Source: a virus. Taken from it: a DNA stretch of 46,198 nt. Positions 46,157 to 46,198 of this stretch are shown here, in pieces (the first letter of the stretch is position 1; every line of letters starts with the position of its first letter). A model generated the notes under the pieces. It did not search any database. It was not told the DNA's origin and saw only the letters and a program-made list of their open reading frames with translations. The translations under genes and the position numbers were made by a program. The stretch is taken from the IMG/VR virus record IMGVR_UViG_3300045988_053311, one strand, 5' to 3'.

Positions 46157-46198
46157 ACCGTTCTCCTTTCTAATCGTCTGGGTGGTGCTTGTCGTACA
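46117..46198. repeat. Terminal direct repeat, copy 2 (exact copy of 1..82)
   Basis: Identical to bases 1-82 by direct comparison. Confidence 0.95.

Overview
The window is one complete phage genome. It closes on itself: bases 1-82 repeat exactly at 46117-46198, giving a unit of about 46,116 bp. The phage is a temperate, siphovirus-type dsDNA phage of a low-GC Gram-positive (Clostridia-like) host. There is no host flank, and an intact attP-like region sits next to a tyrosine integrase.

Gene order. Nearly all genes are on the minus strand. Reading that strand from a CI/Cro-type switch at 11.74-11.90 kb, the order is:
- Early HTH genes and small membrane genes.
- A recombination/replication module: Sak4-like ATPase, DUF669 SSB-like protein, ERCC4-like nuclease, CHC2 zinc-finger protein, DUF927 SF3 helicase, an iteron origin and a Pif1/RecD-like helicase.
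- A long run of small Cys-rich and YopX-type genes that crosses the contig junction.
- Packaging and head genes: a TerS-like/TerL fusion terminase, portal, minor capsid protein, scaffold and major capsid.
- Tail genes: head-tail joining genes, major tail, chaperones, tape measure, a 1546-aa Ig/LRR tail protein and a second tail-tip protein.
- A GH73-NlpC/P60-SH3 endolysin transcribed as its own unit.

The plus strand carries the CI-like repressor, a membrane OB-fold protein, the integrase and two small antisense cassettes inside the early operon.

Most unusual features. Almost every junction of the packaging/head module carries an insertion:
- HNH/AP2-type endonuclease-like genes at two sites.
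- A fibre plus XkdX-like module between portal and minor capsid gene.
- A DUF4406-plus-holin pair between connector and head-closure genes.
- A roughly 4-kb island at 32.2-36.3 kb, which is the best candidate for something undescribed. It encodes a sigma-region-4-like protein, a membrane coiled-coil protein, a Cys-His mini-protein and five Q/N/G/Cys-rich low-complexity proteins. It also has internal terminators and a 479-bp non-coding stretch. That stretch holds a 72-nt tRNA-like gene with an unpaired anticodon stem, a 48-nt mini tRNA-like element and two motifs resembling the 16S rRNA 3' end.

Limits. All family names come from motif recognition by eye. No database search, RNA folding or tRNA software was run.
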